From assembly GCA_963931305.1 (NCBI GenBank), contig OZ006994.1, forward strand, positions 218,955 to 282,954: 64,000 bases of DNA, given 5' to 3'. The stretch comes from an uncultured Bacilli bacterium (lineage in GTDB: Bacteria > Bacillota_I > Bacilli_A > RF39 > UBA660). Shown piece after piece: positions 42,266-52,778 of the stretch. The position numbers and the translations under genes were made by a program. The notes under the pieces are model-generated. The model searched no databases. It saw nothing but the letters and a program-made list of their open reading frames with translations, and was not told the origin of the DNA. Within the stretch, counting starts at the first letter, position 1, and each line of letters opens with the position of its first letter.

Positions 42266-42988
42266 ATGACAAGTATTATTATTTTGGTACATAATGCTTA
42301 TGACTATGTAAAAAATACGATAGAGACATTACAGATGACAAAAAATAAAGACTACGAAGTGATTGTCTTAGATAATGCATCTGAGAAGAAAGTACAAAAG
42401 TTATTATTAAAATTATATCAAGAAAAGAAAATCGATAAGTTAATCTTTTCACAGGAGAATACTTTGTTTGCTAAAGGAAATAATATCGCCTTTCGTTTTT
42501 GTGATCCGAAGTCAGATCGTGTTTTATTATTAAACTCTGATATTGATATTCGTAATCCTGAATGGTTAGATGAAATGAATCGTATTTATGAAAAAGGGAT
42601 TACATCACTTGGAATTGTGGAAGGTAACCCATATACAAGAGTAGATGGTTTTTGTTTTATGATTGATAAAGAACTATACCAAAAGTATTTATTAGATGAA
42701 AACTTTGAATGGTGGTGGTCTATTACGAAATTACAGGCAGAAGTATTAAAAGATGGATATCCTGTAAAAGGTGTAAAAGATTATCAGAACTTGATTTTTC
42801 ATTATGGAGGTATGTCAGGAACTGACTTTAGAAATGCCAAAGGAATGCAGATTGATGGAGAAAAAGTCGTTTCATGGTTTGCAAACCATGAAATCAATAT
42901 AATAAATCATATTGATAATATGAATACAATTTATAAACCAAATAGTAAAGCAAATCGTATTTATCGTAAGTTAAAGAATAAGAAGTAA
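42266..42988 (+). CDS. glycosyltransferase family 2
   Basis: N-terminal IIILVHNAYDYV...VIVLDNAS (GT2 DxD-type fold). Confidence 0.65.
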   Translation: MTSIIILVHNAYDYVKNTIETLQMTKNKDYEVIVLDNASEKKVQKLLLKLYQEKKIDKLIFSQENTLFAKGNNIAFRFCDPKSDRVLLLNSDIDIRNPEWLDEMNRIYEKGITSLGIVEGNPYTRVDGFCFMIDKELYQKYLLDENFEWWWSITKLQAEVLKDGYPVKGVKDYQNLIFHYGGMSGTDFRNAKGMQIDGEKVVSWFANHEINIINHIDNMNTIYKPNSKANRIYRKLKNKK

Positions 42989-43024
42989 TAAATACTTCTT
43001 ATCTTTTTAGAAAGTAGGTTTCAT

Positions 43025-43885
43025 ATGAAAACAATTCAATTAGAAGATATTCAATCTTATTTTATAAAGCGAGAGAAAGACGTGAATAAAGGTGATTTTG
43101 GGAAAGTAGGTTTTATTGGCGGCTCTAAGAGTTATTCTGGGGCTTTAAAATTAGCGATGTTAAGTCATGCTTCTTTACGTAGTGGATGTGGTATTAGTCG
43201 TGTATTGATTCCTGAAGACTTAGCGCCTTTATTAGCTCCTCACATTTTAGAACAAACTATGTTTTTTTATCATAATTTAGAAGAATTAAAAGAAGGAATC
43301 CATGATTTAGATGTTTTAGCAATTGGTATGGGGTGGGGGGAATATACATCTCATTTATCCATATTAAGAGAAATATGTAATGTTTATTCTGGAGTTATGG
43401 TAATTGATGCCGATGGATTAAATACATTAGTAGGACATTTAGATATAATAAAAGATCATAGGGTAGTATTAACACCTCATTTAAAAGAATTTTCTCGTAT
43501 TTCACAGTTATCAATGGAAGAAATTAAACAAAATCCAATCGAAATAGTAAAAGAGTTTGCGAAAAAATATGGAGTAATTCTACTGCTAAAAGGCTCTACG
43601 ACAATTATTTCTGATGGAGTAGATGTATATCTTGTTAAAAGTGGATGTCCAGGTATGGCTACAGCAGGTAGTGGAGACGTGTTATCTGGGGTGTTAGCTG
43701 GTTTATTAGCATATCATCCATTTCACTTATTAACAGTCGCAGCAGGGGCCTATTTAGCAGGATTAGCAGGGGAGTTAGCAGAGAATGAGAAAACAGATAT
43801 TGCTATGATTGCCAGTGATACAATAGAACATATTCCTAATGCAATTACTTGGATTAGAAAGCAAGAAAAAAGTTCACAACAATGA
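43025..43885 (+). CDS. nnrD: ADP-dependent NAD(P)H-hydrate dehydratase (YjeF C-terminal domain)
   Basis: GDFGKVGFIGGS, carbohydrate-kinase-fold motifs (LTPH, GSGDVLSG). Confidence 0.75.
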   Translation: MKTIQLEDIQSYFIKREKDVNKGDFGKVGFIGGSKSYSGALKLAMLSHASLRSGCGISRVLIPEDLAPLLAPHILEQTMFFYHNLEELKEGIHDLDVLAIGMGWGEYTSHLSILREICNVYSGVMVIDADGLNTLVGHLDIIKDHRVVLTPHLKEFSRISQLSMEEIKQNPIEIVKEFAKKYGVILLLKGSTTIISDGVDVYLVKSGCPGMATAGSGDVLSGVLAGLLAYHPFHLLTVAAGAYLAGLAGELAENEKTDIAMIASDTIEHIPNAITWIRKQEKSSQQ

Positions 43886-43896
43886 TGTGAACTTTT

Positions 43897-46749
43897 TTAT
43901 TCAGTTGGTGATGGTTCACCACTACTTTGATTATTGACAACAGTTACTTTTCTTGTAATTGTTTTTGTGTAATCTTCATAAGTGATTGTATAACTAATGG
44001 TATATGTTCCAGCTGTAGATGTGAATGTATCTAAGGATGCAGGAATTCCTGCAGTACTTGTAATACTTGTTTCAACTTCTACACTTGTTGTTATATCTTT
44101 TCCATCTTCTTTTACTACAACACCTGGATCACGATAATTACTATTTAAATCAACTGTCATATTTGCACTACCAACGAGGCTTACTGTTATTTCTCCTTGG
44201 ACATTAGAAACATTCACTTTTGTTTCTACACCAGGTGCTTCTGCAGCCTTAAAGTTTGAATAACATGTTTTAACAACATATGTACCACTATCTGTAGATT
44301 TTGCAGTAAAAGTAATACTTGTATTATTTGTAAACTGAATTAATCTTAGATCTCCATCTTTTTGTTTTGCATAAATGTTATAACCAACACTTCCTAATAT
44401 ACTTTGATTTTGACCTAATCTAGATTGTAAATAACTGTTTTTATAACCACTATTTGTAAATACTTTACCAACCCAACCAGATAAACTATTGATATCTAAT
44501 TCAGAAGGTGTTTTAATTCCATTCCATGAAATAGAAACAGAATTTCCACTAATACTACTTTTTACATTAGAAACGTCACTTAATTGAGCAAATCTACTAG
44601 ATACTTCAGTAGGTTCAGTTCCTTTTTTAAATAGTTCTGTAATACGCATATTAGCAGGTGTATTTGCACTTGGTAATTTAACTGGATAAGTTTCTCTTTC
44701 TACTTCCACAGAAACAACACCATTTGGTTTTGTAAATTCGGATTTATCAGTAAAGAAATGTCCAGCCACTGCCTTAAATAAATTTCTATGACCACCAGTA
44801 TTGGTTGTACTTACATATTTATCATCTTGTTTATCATATCCATACCAAACAGAAATTGCATATTGCGTATTGATTCCGTCTACCCATAAATCATTTACTG
44901 CATTAGATGGGTAACCTTTTTTCTTAATCAAATCTTCTGTAAAGTTAGAAGTACCTGTTTTAGCACCATAGTGTACACCATTTAAATAAGAAGTACCAAT
45001 TCCATAATCAGCAGCATTATATAATACATTACTAATCATATATGCAGTTTCAGGACTCATAACTTTTTTCTTTTCTGCATCTACTTCTTCTGTTTTATCA
45101 TCTTCACGGTAGACAATTTTTGTATATGTATATGGTTTTGTGTAATATCCTTCATTTGCAAATGCAGCATAAGCACCGGCCATAGTTAATGGAGATTCTC
45201 CATCATAACCACCTAATGCATGTGATTCGTAAACTAAACCATTTTCTACTTGTGGATGTAATCCTAAACTTTCGGCAAAGTTTTTAATGTCAGAATTTTT
45301 ATTTTGTTGGAATGCTTTCAACGCTGGAATATTTCTAGATTCTGCTAAAGCAGTACGTAATGTCATCCAGCCTTGATAAGTTCTATTCCAGTTTTCAATA
45401 CCACCATCTTCGTCATCTGTACCTGAATATGAGTGAGGTTCATCGGCAAATGGAGTAGCCGTAGACCAATCTTGATATTCAAAACCTGGACCGTAATCGT
45501 AAATTGGTTTTGCGGTTGAACCAATTTGACGTTTTACTTTGGTAGCACGTCCTAATTGATTTGCACCACTAATATTTCTACCATTACTAATTGCTGTTAA
45601 AGCACCTGTTTTTACATCGACAACGGCAACAGCACCTTGTACAACATCGTTTTCCCATTTGAATGTTTTTCCATTCATAATATCTTCAACAGCTTCTTGC
45701 TTATCTTTATCCATTGTCGTATAAATTTGCATTGATACATTATAAGGATTATTACCAGTTCTTTCTGTAACATCTTCTACTACAGCATCGATAAAAGATT
45801 GATATTTAAAGCGATCTGTTTGTTCTCCATCTTCTGTAGAAATTGTTTTTACAATTTTATTAACACTTAAGTTGAGTGCAGCTTTATATTCTGCTTCATC
45901 AATATAATTATGACGTTTCATCAAATATAATACTGTTTGACGTCTTTTTTCCGTTAAATCAGGATTAATATTTGGATCATAAGTATTTGGTGCTTGGAAC
46001 ATACCAGCAATCATTGCCGCTTCTGCTAAGTTAATATCTTTTGCACTTTTACCAAAATAAGTTAAACATGCTTGTTCTACTCCCCATGCACCACTACCAA
46101 GATATGGAGCATTTACATAGAATTCCATAATTTCTTCTTTGGTATAATGTTTTTCAATCTGGAAAATAGACATATAAATATCTGTAAATTTACGTGTAAT
46201 ACTACGATTTGTTGAAGTAAAATGATTCTTTGCTATTTGCATAGTTAATGTAGAAGCACCACCAGCATTTTGACCAAGAATCGTTCCAAATCCAGCACGA
46301 AGAAAACGTGGTAAATCAAATCCATTATGTTGGAAGAAACGTGAATCTTCGGTTGCAATAATCGCATCTATTAATACTTCTGGAAGTTGATCATAAGAAA
46401 TTTTTTCACGATTCTCACTTCCGAGTTTCTTAATTACAGAACCATCACTACTATATAAAATAGAAGCTTCTTGATGGTATAACTTATCAGGACTAAATTC
46501 TGGTGCATCTTTAATAATAATAAACATAAAAATTCCAAATGCAACAAGACAGAAAATTCCAAAAATAAGTAATCCCATCAATACTTTTTTTCCAATTTTC
46601 TTTTTCTTACTTTTTCCTTTTGTGATTCCTTTTTTATTTTTTGACATACGTGCAGAACGTGTACTTGCTACTTTTGTTCCTTTCGTATAATCAGTTTTTT
46701 TAGCAGCTCCTGTACGGGCATGTCTTGCTTCAGTTCTTTTCTTTTCCAT
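43897..46749 (-). CDS. ponA: class A penicillin-binding protein (PBP1; glycosyltransferase GT51 + transpeptidase) with C-terminal extension
   Basis: GT51 EDSRFFQHNG, transpeptidase STAKP/SGN/KTGT; basic N-terminus + TM; start taken at the Met doublet after a GGAGGT SD (ORF track extends to 46992); ~250-aa Ser/Thr-rich C-terminal domain. Confidence 0.85.
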   Translation of the reverse strand: MEKKRTEARHARTGAAKKTDYTKGTKVASTRSARMSKNKKGITKGKSKKKKIGKKVLMGLLIFGIFCLVAFGIFMFIIIKDAPEFSPDKLYHQEASILYSSDGSVIKKLGSENREKISYDQLPEVLIDAIIATEDSRFFQHNGFDLPRFLRAGFGTILGQNAGGASTLTMQIAKNHFTSTNRSITRKFTDIYMSIFQIEKHYTKEEIMEFYVNAPYLGSGAWGVEQACLTYFGKSAKDINLAEAAMIAGMFQAPNTYDPNINPDLTEKRRQTVLYLMKRHNYIDEAEYKAALNLSVNKIVKTISTEDGEQTDRFKYQSFIDAVVEDVTERTGNNPYNVSMQIYTTMDKDKQEAVEDIMNGKTFKWENDVVQGAVAVVDVKTGALTAISNGRNISGANQLGRATKVKRQIGSTAKPIYDYGPGFEYQDWSTATPFADEPHSYSGTDDEDGGIENWNRTYQGWMTLRTALAESRNIPALKAFQQNKNSDIKNFAESLGLHPQVENGLVYESHALGGYDGESPLTMAGAYAAFANEGYYTKPYTYTKIVYREDDKTEEVDAEKKKVMSPETAYMISNVLYNAADYGIGTSYLNGVHYGAKTGTSNFTEDLIKKKGYPSNAVNDLWVDGINTQYAISVWYGYDKQDDKYVSTTNTGGHRNLFKAVAGHFFTDKSEFTKPNGVVSVEVERETYPVKLPSANTPANMRITELFKKGTEPTEVSSRFAQLSDVSNVKSSISGNSVSISWNGIKTPSELDINSLSGWVGKVFTNSGYKNSYLQSRLGQNQSILGSVGYNIYAKQKDGDLRLIQFTNNTSITFTAKSTDSGTYVVKTCYSNFKAAEAPGVETKVNVSNVQGEITVSLVGSANMTVDLNSNYRDPGVVVKEDGKDITTSVEVETSITSTAGIPASLDTFTSTAGTYTISYTITYEDYTKTITRKVTVVNNQSSGEPSPTE

Positions 46750-46945
46750 CATAACCTCCATATTCTTCTTACTTATATTATTAATTAAATTGATTAAGTT
46801 TGGACTAAATAAAATGCTATCTAATATTAAAATAATGATAAGGGCTTTTAAAAAGCCTATAGCTAGTATTCCTGCAATTAAAGCTAAAACACTAACAAAC
46901 ATAATTGCTATTTCATAGTGATGATCATTGATATATTGAAATATC

Positions 46946-47536
46946 TTATAAATCTTTTTCAGAAGCTTCACCTTCTTTCTCCATTTCGTCAATTATTTTT
47001 AAATAATCAAGACGTGGAGCATATTTTGTTTCAATTATTTTTCCTTCTTTTTGAAAAAAAGAAATAGGAATTGATTTGCGGTTGTTGTTTTCAATGAATG
47101 ATATCAATTTACTACCATCTAAAAAATATGTCAAATTATAGTGGGTAAAACGGACTATGATAAATCCAATTCCACCATGTTCTATAATCTTTTTTATATG
47201 CTTAATTTGATGGGTATGAATGTTTGCAAGCGGGAAATAACTTTTATTTCTTGTTTCTTTTGCTTCAAAATCAATGTATTTTCCTTTATATACACCATTA
47301 TAATCTGTTGTTGATGGTGTTTTATAATAAGCTTCTTTAATAACCGCATCCATACGAGACTTAAAATCTACTTTTACAACCGTAATTGGAGTAGGTTTTT
47401 TATAAATGACCGCAATATTATGAATTAAATAATATTCATTTGTTACATTGATGTCATGTTCTAAACTCATCCCTCGGTTACCATGTAATATATAAGATTG
47501 TTTTACTTTTGTTCCGTTTGGATAATTCACAAGCAT
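46946..47536 (-). CDS. recU: Holliday junction resolvase RecU
   Basis: 196 aa, RecU sequence features and conserved recU-ponA arrangement. Confidence 0.85.
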   Translation of the reverse strand: MLVNYPNGTKVKQSYILHGNRGMSLEHDINVTNEYYLIHNIAVIYKKPTPITVVKVDFKSRMDAVIKEAYYKTPSTTDYNGVYKGKYIDFEAKETRNKSYFPLANIHTHQIKHIKKIIEHGGIGFIIVRFTHYNLTYFLDGSKLISFIENNNRKSIPISFFQKEGKIIETKYAPRLDYLKIIDEMEKEGEASEKDL

Positions 47537-47655
47537 TCACCATCTCTATTATACTATAAAGTATTCAATTTTTCTACTAGATTTTCTTATCTTTCATACT
47601 TTGACAGATAAAAGAAATACGTGTTATAATGAATCTGTGAAATTTAGGTGATATC

Positions 47656-48243
47656 ATGAAAATTAACCATGTCAATTTAGAAATATCAGCAGTTAGACGC
47701 AGTCAATATCCAACTGATAATAAGCCAGAATTTTTATTAGTAGGGCGTTCTAATGTTGGAAAAAGTAGTTTTATCAATACATTAATTCATAGAAAAAACT
47801 ATGCACGTACTTCATCACAACCAGGAAAAACACAAACGATTAATTTTTATCTAGTAAACGATGAATTTTATTTAGTAGATGCTCCAGGTTATGGGTTCGC
47901 CAATGTTAGTAAACCAATGCGTAAGAAATTTGGATTGATGATGGAAGATTATTTAATTAATCGTCCCAATTTAAAAAATGTATTTATGTTAATTGATTTT
48001 CGTCATAAACCAACTAGTGATGATTTAATGATGTATCAATTTTTAAAATATTATGATATTCCAGTTACAATCGTAGCTACAAAAGTAGATAAAGTAGGAA
48101 TTACTAATCGTCAAAAACAACGTAATTTAATTTTAGATCAATTAGATCTTGTTGTTGGTGATGATTTTGTCATGTTTTCTAGTGTTACAAAACTAGGAAA
48201 AGAAGAAATTTATGATCGAATTGAAAGAACTACAGAAATATAA
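47656..48243 (+). CDS. engB: ribosome biogenesis GTP-binding protein YihA/EngB
   Basis: G1 GRSNVGKSS, G3 DAPGYG, G4 TKVDK; 195 aa. Confidence 0.9.
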   Translation: MKINHVNLEISAVRRSQYPTDNKPEFLLVGRSNVGKSSFINTLIHRKNYARTSSQPGKTQTINFYLVNDEFYLVDAPGYGFANVSKPMRKKFGLMMEDYLINRPNLKNVFMLIDFRHKPTSDDLMMYQFLKYYDIPVTIVATKVDKVGITNRQKQRNLILDQLDLVVGDDFVMFSSVTKLGKEEIYDRIERTTEI

Positions 48244-48280
48244 GGAACAAAAGCATATTCTTACAATAGACTAATACTAG

Positions 48281-48784
48281 GTGATTGATTTGAAACTAGT
48301 ATTGTTAGATAAAGAGAATATGCTTCTTTTTTTGAATTCTGTTCAACCCCATCAATTATCATTTGAACAAAAAGAAAAATTGGAATCTCAATTAAAATCA
48401 TTGTTATTAAAACTAAAACATATTTATCATCTTTCTTTTTGTGGTTATTATACAATTTATGTATATCAAGATTCTTTATATGGAAACATTTTAAAAATAC
48501 ATCATGAAGATTTAGATGATTTTGATTATTTACAAGATGAAATAGAATTATGTTTCCATATTGAAAAAAATAGTAAAATATTATATCGAATTGAAGATCC
48601 GTGTGATGTCAGAAAAAAGTGGCATAAAAAAACAAAACTATATTATTACGATCATCAATTCTATTTTTATATGATAGAAAATATGTCACAATTAGAATTA
48701 GGCCAATTTCTAGAATTCACAGAACCTTGTTTTCAAAATACAGAAGAGATATTGAATTATGGAAAAGTCTTGGATAGTTGGTAG
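48281..48784 (+). CDS. hypothetical protein
   Basis: 167-aa ORF, GTG start, no recognisable motif. Confidence 0.35.
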   Translation: MIDLKLVLLDKENMLLFLNSVQPHQLSFEQKEKLESQLKSLLLKLKHIYHLSFCGYYTIYVYQDSLYGNILKIHHEDLDDFDYLQDEIELCFHIEKNSKILYRIEDPCDVRKKWHKKTKLYYYDHQFYFYMIENMSQLELGQFLEFTEPCFQNTEEILNYGKVLDSW

Positions 48785-48831
48785 AATAAGAAAAGTATGT
48801 TATAATACCGAAAGAAAACGAGGGGATACTT

Positions 48832-50145
48832 ATGAGAAAACCAGTTGTCGCATTACTTGGAAGACCAAATGTCGGAAAAAGTACGTTATTTAATCGTATA
48901 GTAGGGAAAAAAATTTCTATTATTGAAGATACACCAGGTGTTACTAGAGATCGTATCTACGGAAATGTCAAATTTAAAGATTATACATTTCATTTGATCG
49001 ATACTGGAGGAATTGATTTAGCGGATGAACATTTTAATGACTCTATTAAAGTACAAGCAGAACTAGCACTTGACGAAGCAGATTTAATTTTATTTGTTGT
49101 CGATGGAAAAGAAGGTCTTACCGCCAATGATTATGCAGTAAGAGATATGTTATTAAAATCACAAAAACCTGTTATCGTTGTAATCAATAAAATGGATTCT
49201 AAATTGGCCAAAGAAAATATTTATGATTTTTATGAATTAGGCTTAGATACTTATATGCCAGTGAGTGGAGAACAAAACGAAGGAATTTATGATTTATTAG
49301 AAGAAATTACAAAAGATTTCCCTGAAATAGAAGAAGAATATGAAGATGGAATTGTTAAATTCTGTGTCATTGGAAGACCAAATGTTGGCAAAAGTAGTTT
49401 AGTAAATGCGATTGTAGGAGAAGAACGTGTCATTGTTTCAGATGTAGCGGGAACAACCAGAGATGCGATTGATACAAGATTTCGTTATCATGACCATGAT
49501 TATGTTGTGATTGATACTGCTGGTATGAGAAAACGTGGAAAAGTATATGAAGCAGTTGAAAAATATAGTTTACTACGTTCTTTAAAAGCAATTGATCGAA
49601 GTGATGTATGTTTAATTGTAATCAATGCCGAAGAAGGTATTATAGAACATGATAAACATATTGCAGGTTATGCTTTAGATGCTGGAAAAGCCGTTGTATT
49701 AGTAGTCAATAAATGGGATACCATTGATGATAAAGATTCTAAAATGAAAGAATTTAAAGAATTATTAAAATACGAATTTCAATTTATGACATATGCTCCA
49801 ATTGTATTTTTAAGTGCAAAAACAAAAAAAAGAATACATACATTAATGCCAGAAATTTTAAAAGTATATGAAAATAGTAGAAGAGAAATTAAAACAAGTG
49901 TGTTAAATGATGTCATTCGTGATGCATATGCACTGAATTTACCACCAAGCTATAAAGGTAAAAGATTAAAAATTTATTTTTCTAATCAAGCATCTACACA
50001 ACCACCAACATTTAATATACAAGTAAATAGCAAAGGATTAATCCACTTCTCTTATGAAAGATACTTGGAAAATAAATTACGTGAAGCATTTGATTTTGAA
50101 GGTACACCAATTATCTTACAATTTAAAAATAAAGGGGAACAATAA
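48832..50145 (+). CDS. der: ribosome-associated GTPase Der (EngA), tandem GTPase domains + KH-like domain
   Basis: Two G-domains (GRPNVGKST; GRPNVGKSS) each with DTGG/DTAG and NKxD. Confidence 0.95.
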   Translation: MRKPVVALLGRPNVGKSTLFNRIVGKKISIIEDTPGVTRDRIYGNVKFKDYTFHLIDTGGIDLADEHFNDSIKVQAELALDEADLILFVVDGKEGLTANDYAVRDMLLKSQKPVIVVINKMDSKLAKENIYDFYELGLDTYMPVSGEQNEGIYDLLEEITKDFPEIEEEYEDGIVKFCVIGRPNVGKSSLVNAIVGEERVIVSDVAGTTRDAIDTRFRYHDHDYVVIDTAGMRKRGKVYEAVEKYSLLRSLKAIDRSDVCLIVINAEEGIIEHDKHIAGYALDAGKAVVLVVNKWDTIDDKDSKMKEFKELLKYEFQFMTYAPIVFLSAKTKKRIHTLMPEILKVYENSRREIKTSVLNDVIRDAYALNLPPSYKGKRLKIYFSNQASTQPPTFNIQVNSKGLIHFSYERYLENKLREAFDFEGTPIILQFKNKGEQ

Positions 50146-50240
50146 TAAGAACACTTTAGTGTATACTAAGTGTTTTATTTTTTTTATATAGCTAAAATCA
50201 AGAATATGTGTTATAATGATTTTAGAATGGGAGTGGAATC

Positions 50241-51665
50241 ATGAGAAGGTATCACAAAATAAAAGTAGAAAAATTTTTAATAGGAACAATATGTGTATCT
50301 GCATTGTTAATGTTAGGTATTGGCTACGCGATATTAACACAACAATTAGAAATTAATGGAACTGCTCAAATTACATCTAATTGGAAAATACTATTTACAA
50401 GTGCGGAAGAAAAAGAAATGATGAATGCGACAACGACGAGAAAGGAAATTTCTAATCAAACAACATTGAATTTAAATGTTGTGTTACAACAACCAGGAGC
50501 TAGCGCAACGTATGATGTAGTCGTAGAAAATCAAGGAACTTTAGATGCAGTACTTTCTAATATTGAAGGAATTGAAGAGAGTAATCAGAAGGATCCTAAA
50601 TCTATTAAAGTAAGTATAGACAATATTGAAGTAGGAGATCCGTTATTAGTAAATGATAAAAAAACATTTCAAGTAAAAGTATATTGGGATGAAAATGTAG
50701 ATTTTAGTGAAACAAACATGAATAAAGAAATACAAATTACTCTGACATATGAACAAAGTGATAATGGGGTACCAGTAGGACCACTTCCAAGTGATGGAGT
50801 AGATATGGGTGGCCAAAACGTAAAATTAGTAACATCAGGAGACGGACTTTATGAAGATAGCACTAGAGTAGGAAGATATGTATATAAAGGAGCAAATCCC
50901 AATAACTATATACAGTTTAATAATGAATTGTGGAGAATTGTTGCTAAAGAAGCAGATGGAACCTATAAGATTGTAAGAAATGAGGTGCTTTCAGAAAAAA
51001 TTTCATTCGATAATAAAGGATATAGAGATGCAGATAGTAATGGAGCAGGTGGTACTTATTGTGCAAATAGTAGCTATGGATGTAATGCTTGGGCAGCCAA
51101 TTCAAATCTAGTAGGAAAGCCAGAAGAATTTACAAATACAATTCAAACAGGAACTGTGTTATTAGATTCTACTTTAAATCAATATTTGAATGGAGAATAT
51201 TTATCTAGCATTACAACAAATTCAGAATATATCGTAAAACATGATTGGGGAGTAGGTACAACATATACAGATGCAAGTAAAAGTGATGATGGTGATGTAG
51301 ATCCAAGTGAATTAGTTGCAGAAGAAAATGTATATCAATGGAATGGAAAAGTTGCACTATTATCATCAAGTGATGTTCAATTATCAGTAAGTAATGAAGA
51401 ATTGTGTGGAACATCTAATAAATATGAAAACAATTATAAGACATGTGCAGCTAATAATTATTTAGCAAATCTTGAAAAATGGTTGCTCTTGCTGTCTCCT
51501 GCTGTTGGCACTAACAATATTCGTTGGGTTCGCATAGATGGTAAAATCAATAATACTACTCTTACAAATGGTAGTACGGCCAAAATTCGACCTGCTCTCT
51601 ATCTTAGTTCTAATATTAAGTTGAGTGGAAATGGAACCCAATCAAGTCCATATATTCTCGGATAG
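50241..51665 (+). CDS. secreted protein: N-terminal TasA/camelysin-like domain fused to the C-terminal LWRI...PY-I-G module
   Basis: N-terminus LGIGYAILTQQLEINGTAQITSNWKI...ATYDVVVENQGTLDAVL (TasA-like core); C-terminus NNYIQFNNELWRIV...KIRPALYLSSNIKLSGNGTQSSPYILG shared with the 23728 protein. Confidence 0.5.
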   Translation: MRRYHKIKVEKFLIGTICVSALLMLGIGYAILTQQLEINGTAQITSNWKILFTSAEEKEMMNATTTRKEISNQTTLNLNVVLQQPGASATYDVVVENQGTLDAVLSNIEGIEESNQKDPKSIKVSIDNIEVGDPLLVNDKKTFQVKVYWDENVDFSETNMNKEIQITLTYEQSDNGVPVGPLPSDGVDMGGQNVKLVTSGDGLYEDSTRVGRYVYKGANPNNYIQFNNELWRIVAKEADGTYKIVRNEVLSEKISFDNKGYRDADSNGAGGTYCANSSYGCNAWAANSNLVGKPEEFTNTIQTGTVLLDSTLNQYLNGEYLSSITTNSEYIVKHDWGVGTTYTDASKSDDGDVDPSELVAEENVYQWNGKVALLSSSDVQLSVSNEELCGTSNKYENNYKTCAANNYLANLEKWLLLLSPAVGTNNIRWVRIDGKINNTTLTNGSTAKIRPALYLSSNIKLSGNGTQSSPYILG

Positions 51666-51745
51666 AAAGTTACATCGTAGCTTTCTTTTTTTATGAACCT
51701 AATACTGAAAAAAACATATATTATCATAGAAAGAGGGGATATGGT

Positions 51746-51988
51746 TTGAAATTTACAGATAGTTTTTTTGATAAGGTGGAAAAGAAAACCAATGTAAAAA
51801 AAGATACCATTTTAGATTTTGCTAAAAAATTACAACAAAATGATTTAAAAAATGAAGGAACATTACGTGAAGTGATTCAAGAATTAGGAAAAATGACGGG
51901 AAAAGAAGTATCGAAAGAGAAAGAAGATAAAATTGTGAATGCTGTTGTCAATGATCATGTGCCAAAAGATATGAATCAATTTTTTTAG
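51746..51988 (+). CDS. stage VI sporulation protein F (SpoVIF)-like small protein
   Basis: 80 aa; FFDKVEKKTNVKKDTILDFAKKL...LREVIQELGKMTGKEVSKEKEDKIVNAV resembles my recollection of B. subtilis SpoVIF. Confidence 0.4.
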   Translation: MKFTDSFFDKVEKKTNVKKDTILDFAKKLQQNDLKNEGTLREVIQELGKMTGKEVSKEKEDKIVNAVVNDHVPKDMNQFF

Positions 51989-52072
51989 TTGTTAATTTAT
52001 GTCAATTATAATAAAATGGCTTGCTCAACTTTTTTGAGAATGATACAATGAATATTGTAGGAGAGTGAGGAT

Positions 52073-52717
52073 ATGGATGAAGTTGTTATACTACAAGATC
52101 AATACAACAAATTAAGAGAACATATTTTAACAACTGCAATCGGGTTATTAAAGTCATTCTCTACATTGGAATTAGAAGAAATTACCAAAAAGATAGAGAG
52201 ATGTTCTCCTGTACCCTTACAAGAGGAAGAAAAAGAGTTTATCACTAATACGTTAATTACTCATTTTAATGATTGGTGTGTAGCTCGTAAAGAAGCTGAA
52301 GCAGAAAGCGAAATTGAAAAGTTAGATCGTGATAAAAAAGTACCGAAAGGTTTAACAGAAATAGGAAAACAAAAAGTAGTCTTAAATATTCAAAAGAATT
52401 TAAATCAGTTACAAGCATGTATTTATGAATTTTATGTTCCATCTAATACATCTGCTTATAATGATTTTACTTCTCGTAGTACAGAAGATATCGTCAATTA
52501 TTTTATAGAACATGACCGTATGGATTTTTTTGAAATCAATCAATTAAAAAAAGATATTTCAATGTTGTTAGATCAGTATTTAACGAATTTTGATGATTCT
52601 TATCACCAAATTTATAGTCAGTACTTTTTTAAATTAGATATGGGAATTCAGAAATATTTAAATCGTGAAAAGAAAAGTCCCAAAACTGAAAAAAAGAAAG
52701 TGAAAGTCAGTCGATAA
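52073..52717 (+). CDS. hypothetical protein
   Basis: 214-aa ORF with GGAGAGTGAGG RBS; helical, basic C-terminus. Confidence 0.35.
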   Translation: MDEVVILQDQYNKLREHILTTAIGLLKSFSTLELEEITKKIERCSPVPLQEEEKEFITNTLITHFNDWCVARKEAEAESEIEKLDRDKKVPKGLTEIGKQKVVLNIQKNLNQLQACIYEFYVPSNTSAYNDFTSRSTEDIVNYFIEHDRMDFFEINQLKKDISMLLDQYLTNFDDSYHQIYSQYFFKLDMGIQKYLNREKKSPKTEKKKVKVSR

Positions 52718-52778
52718 AATACTGGCTTTTTCTTTGCAAACAAAAATATTTATGATATGATTATAATGGTGATAGTAG

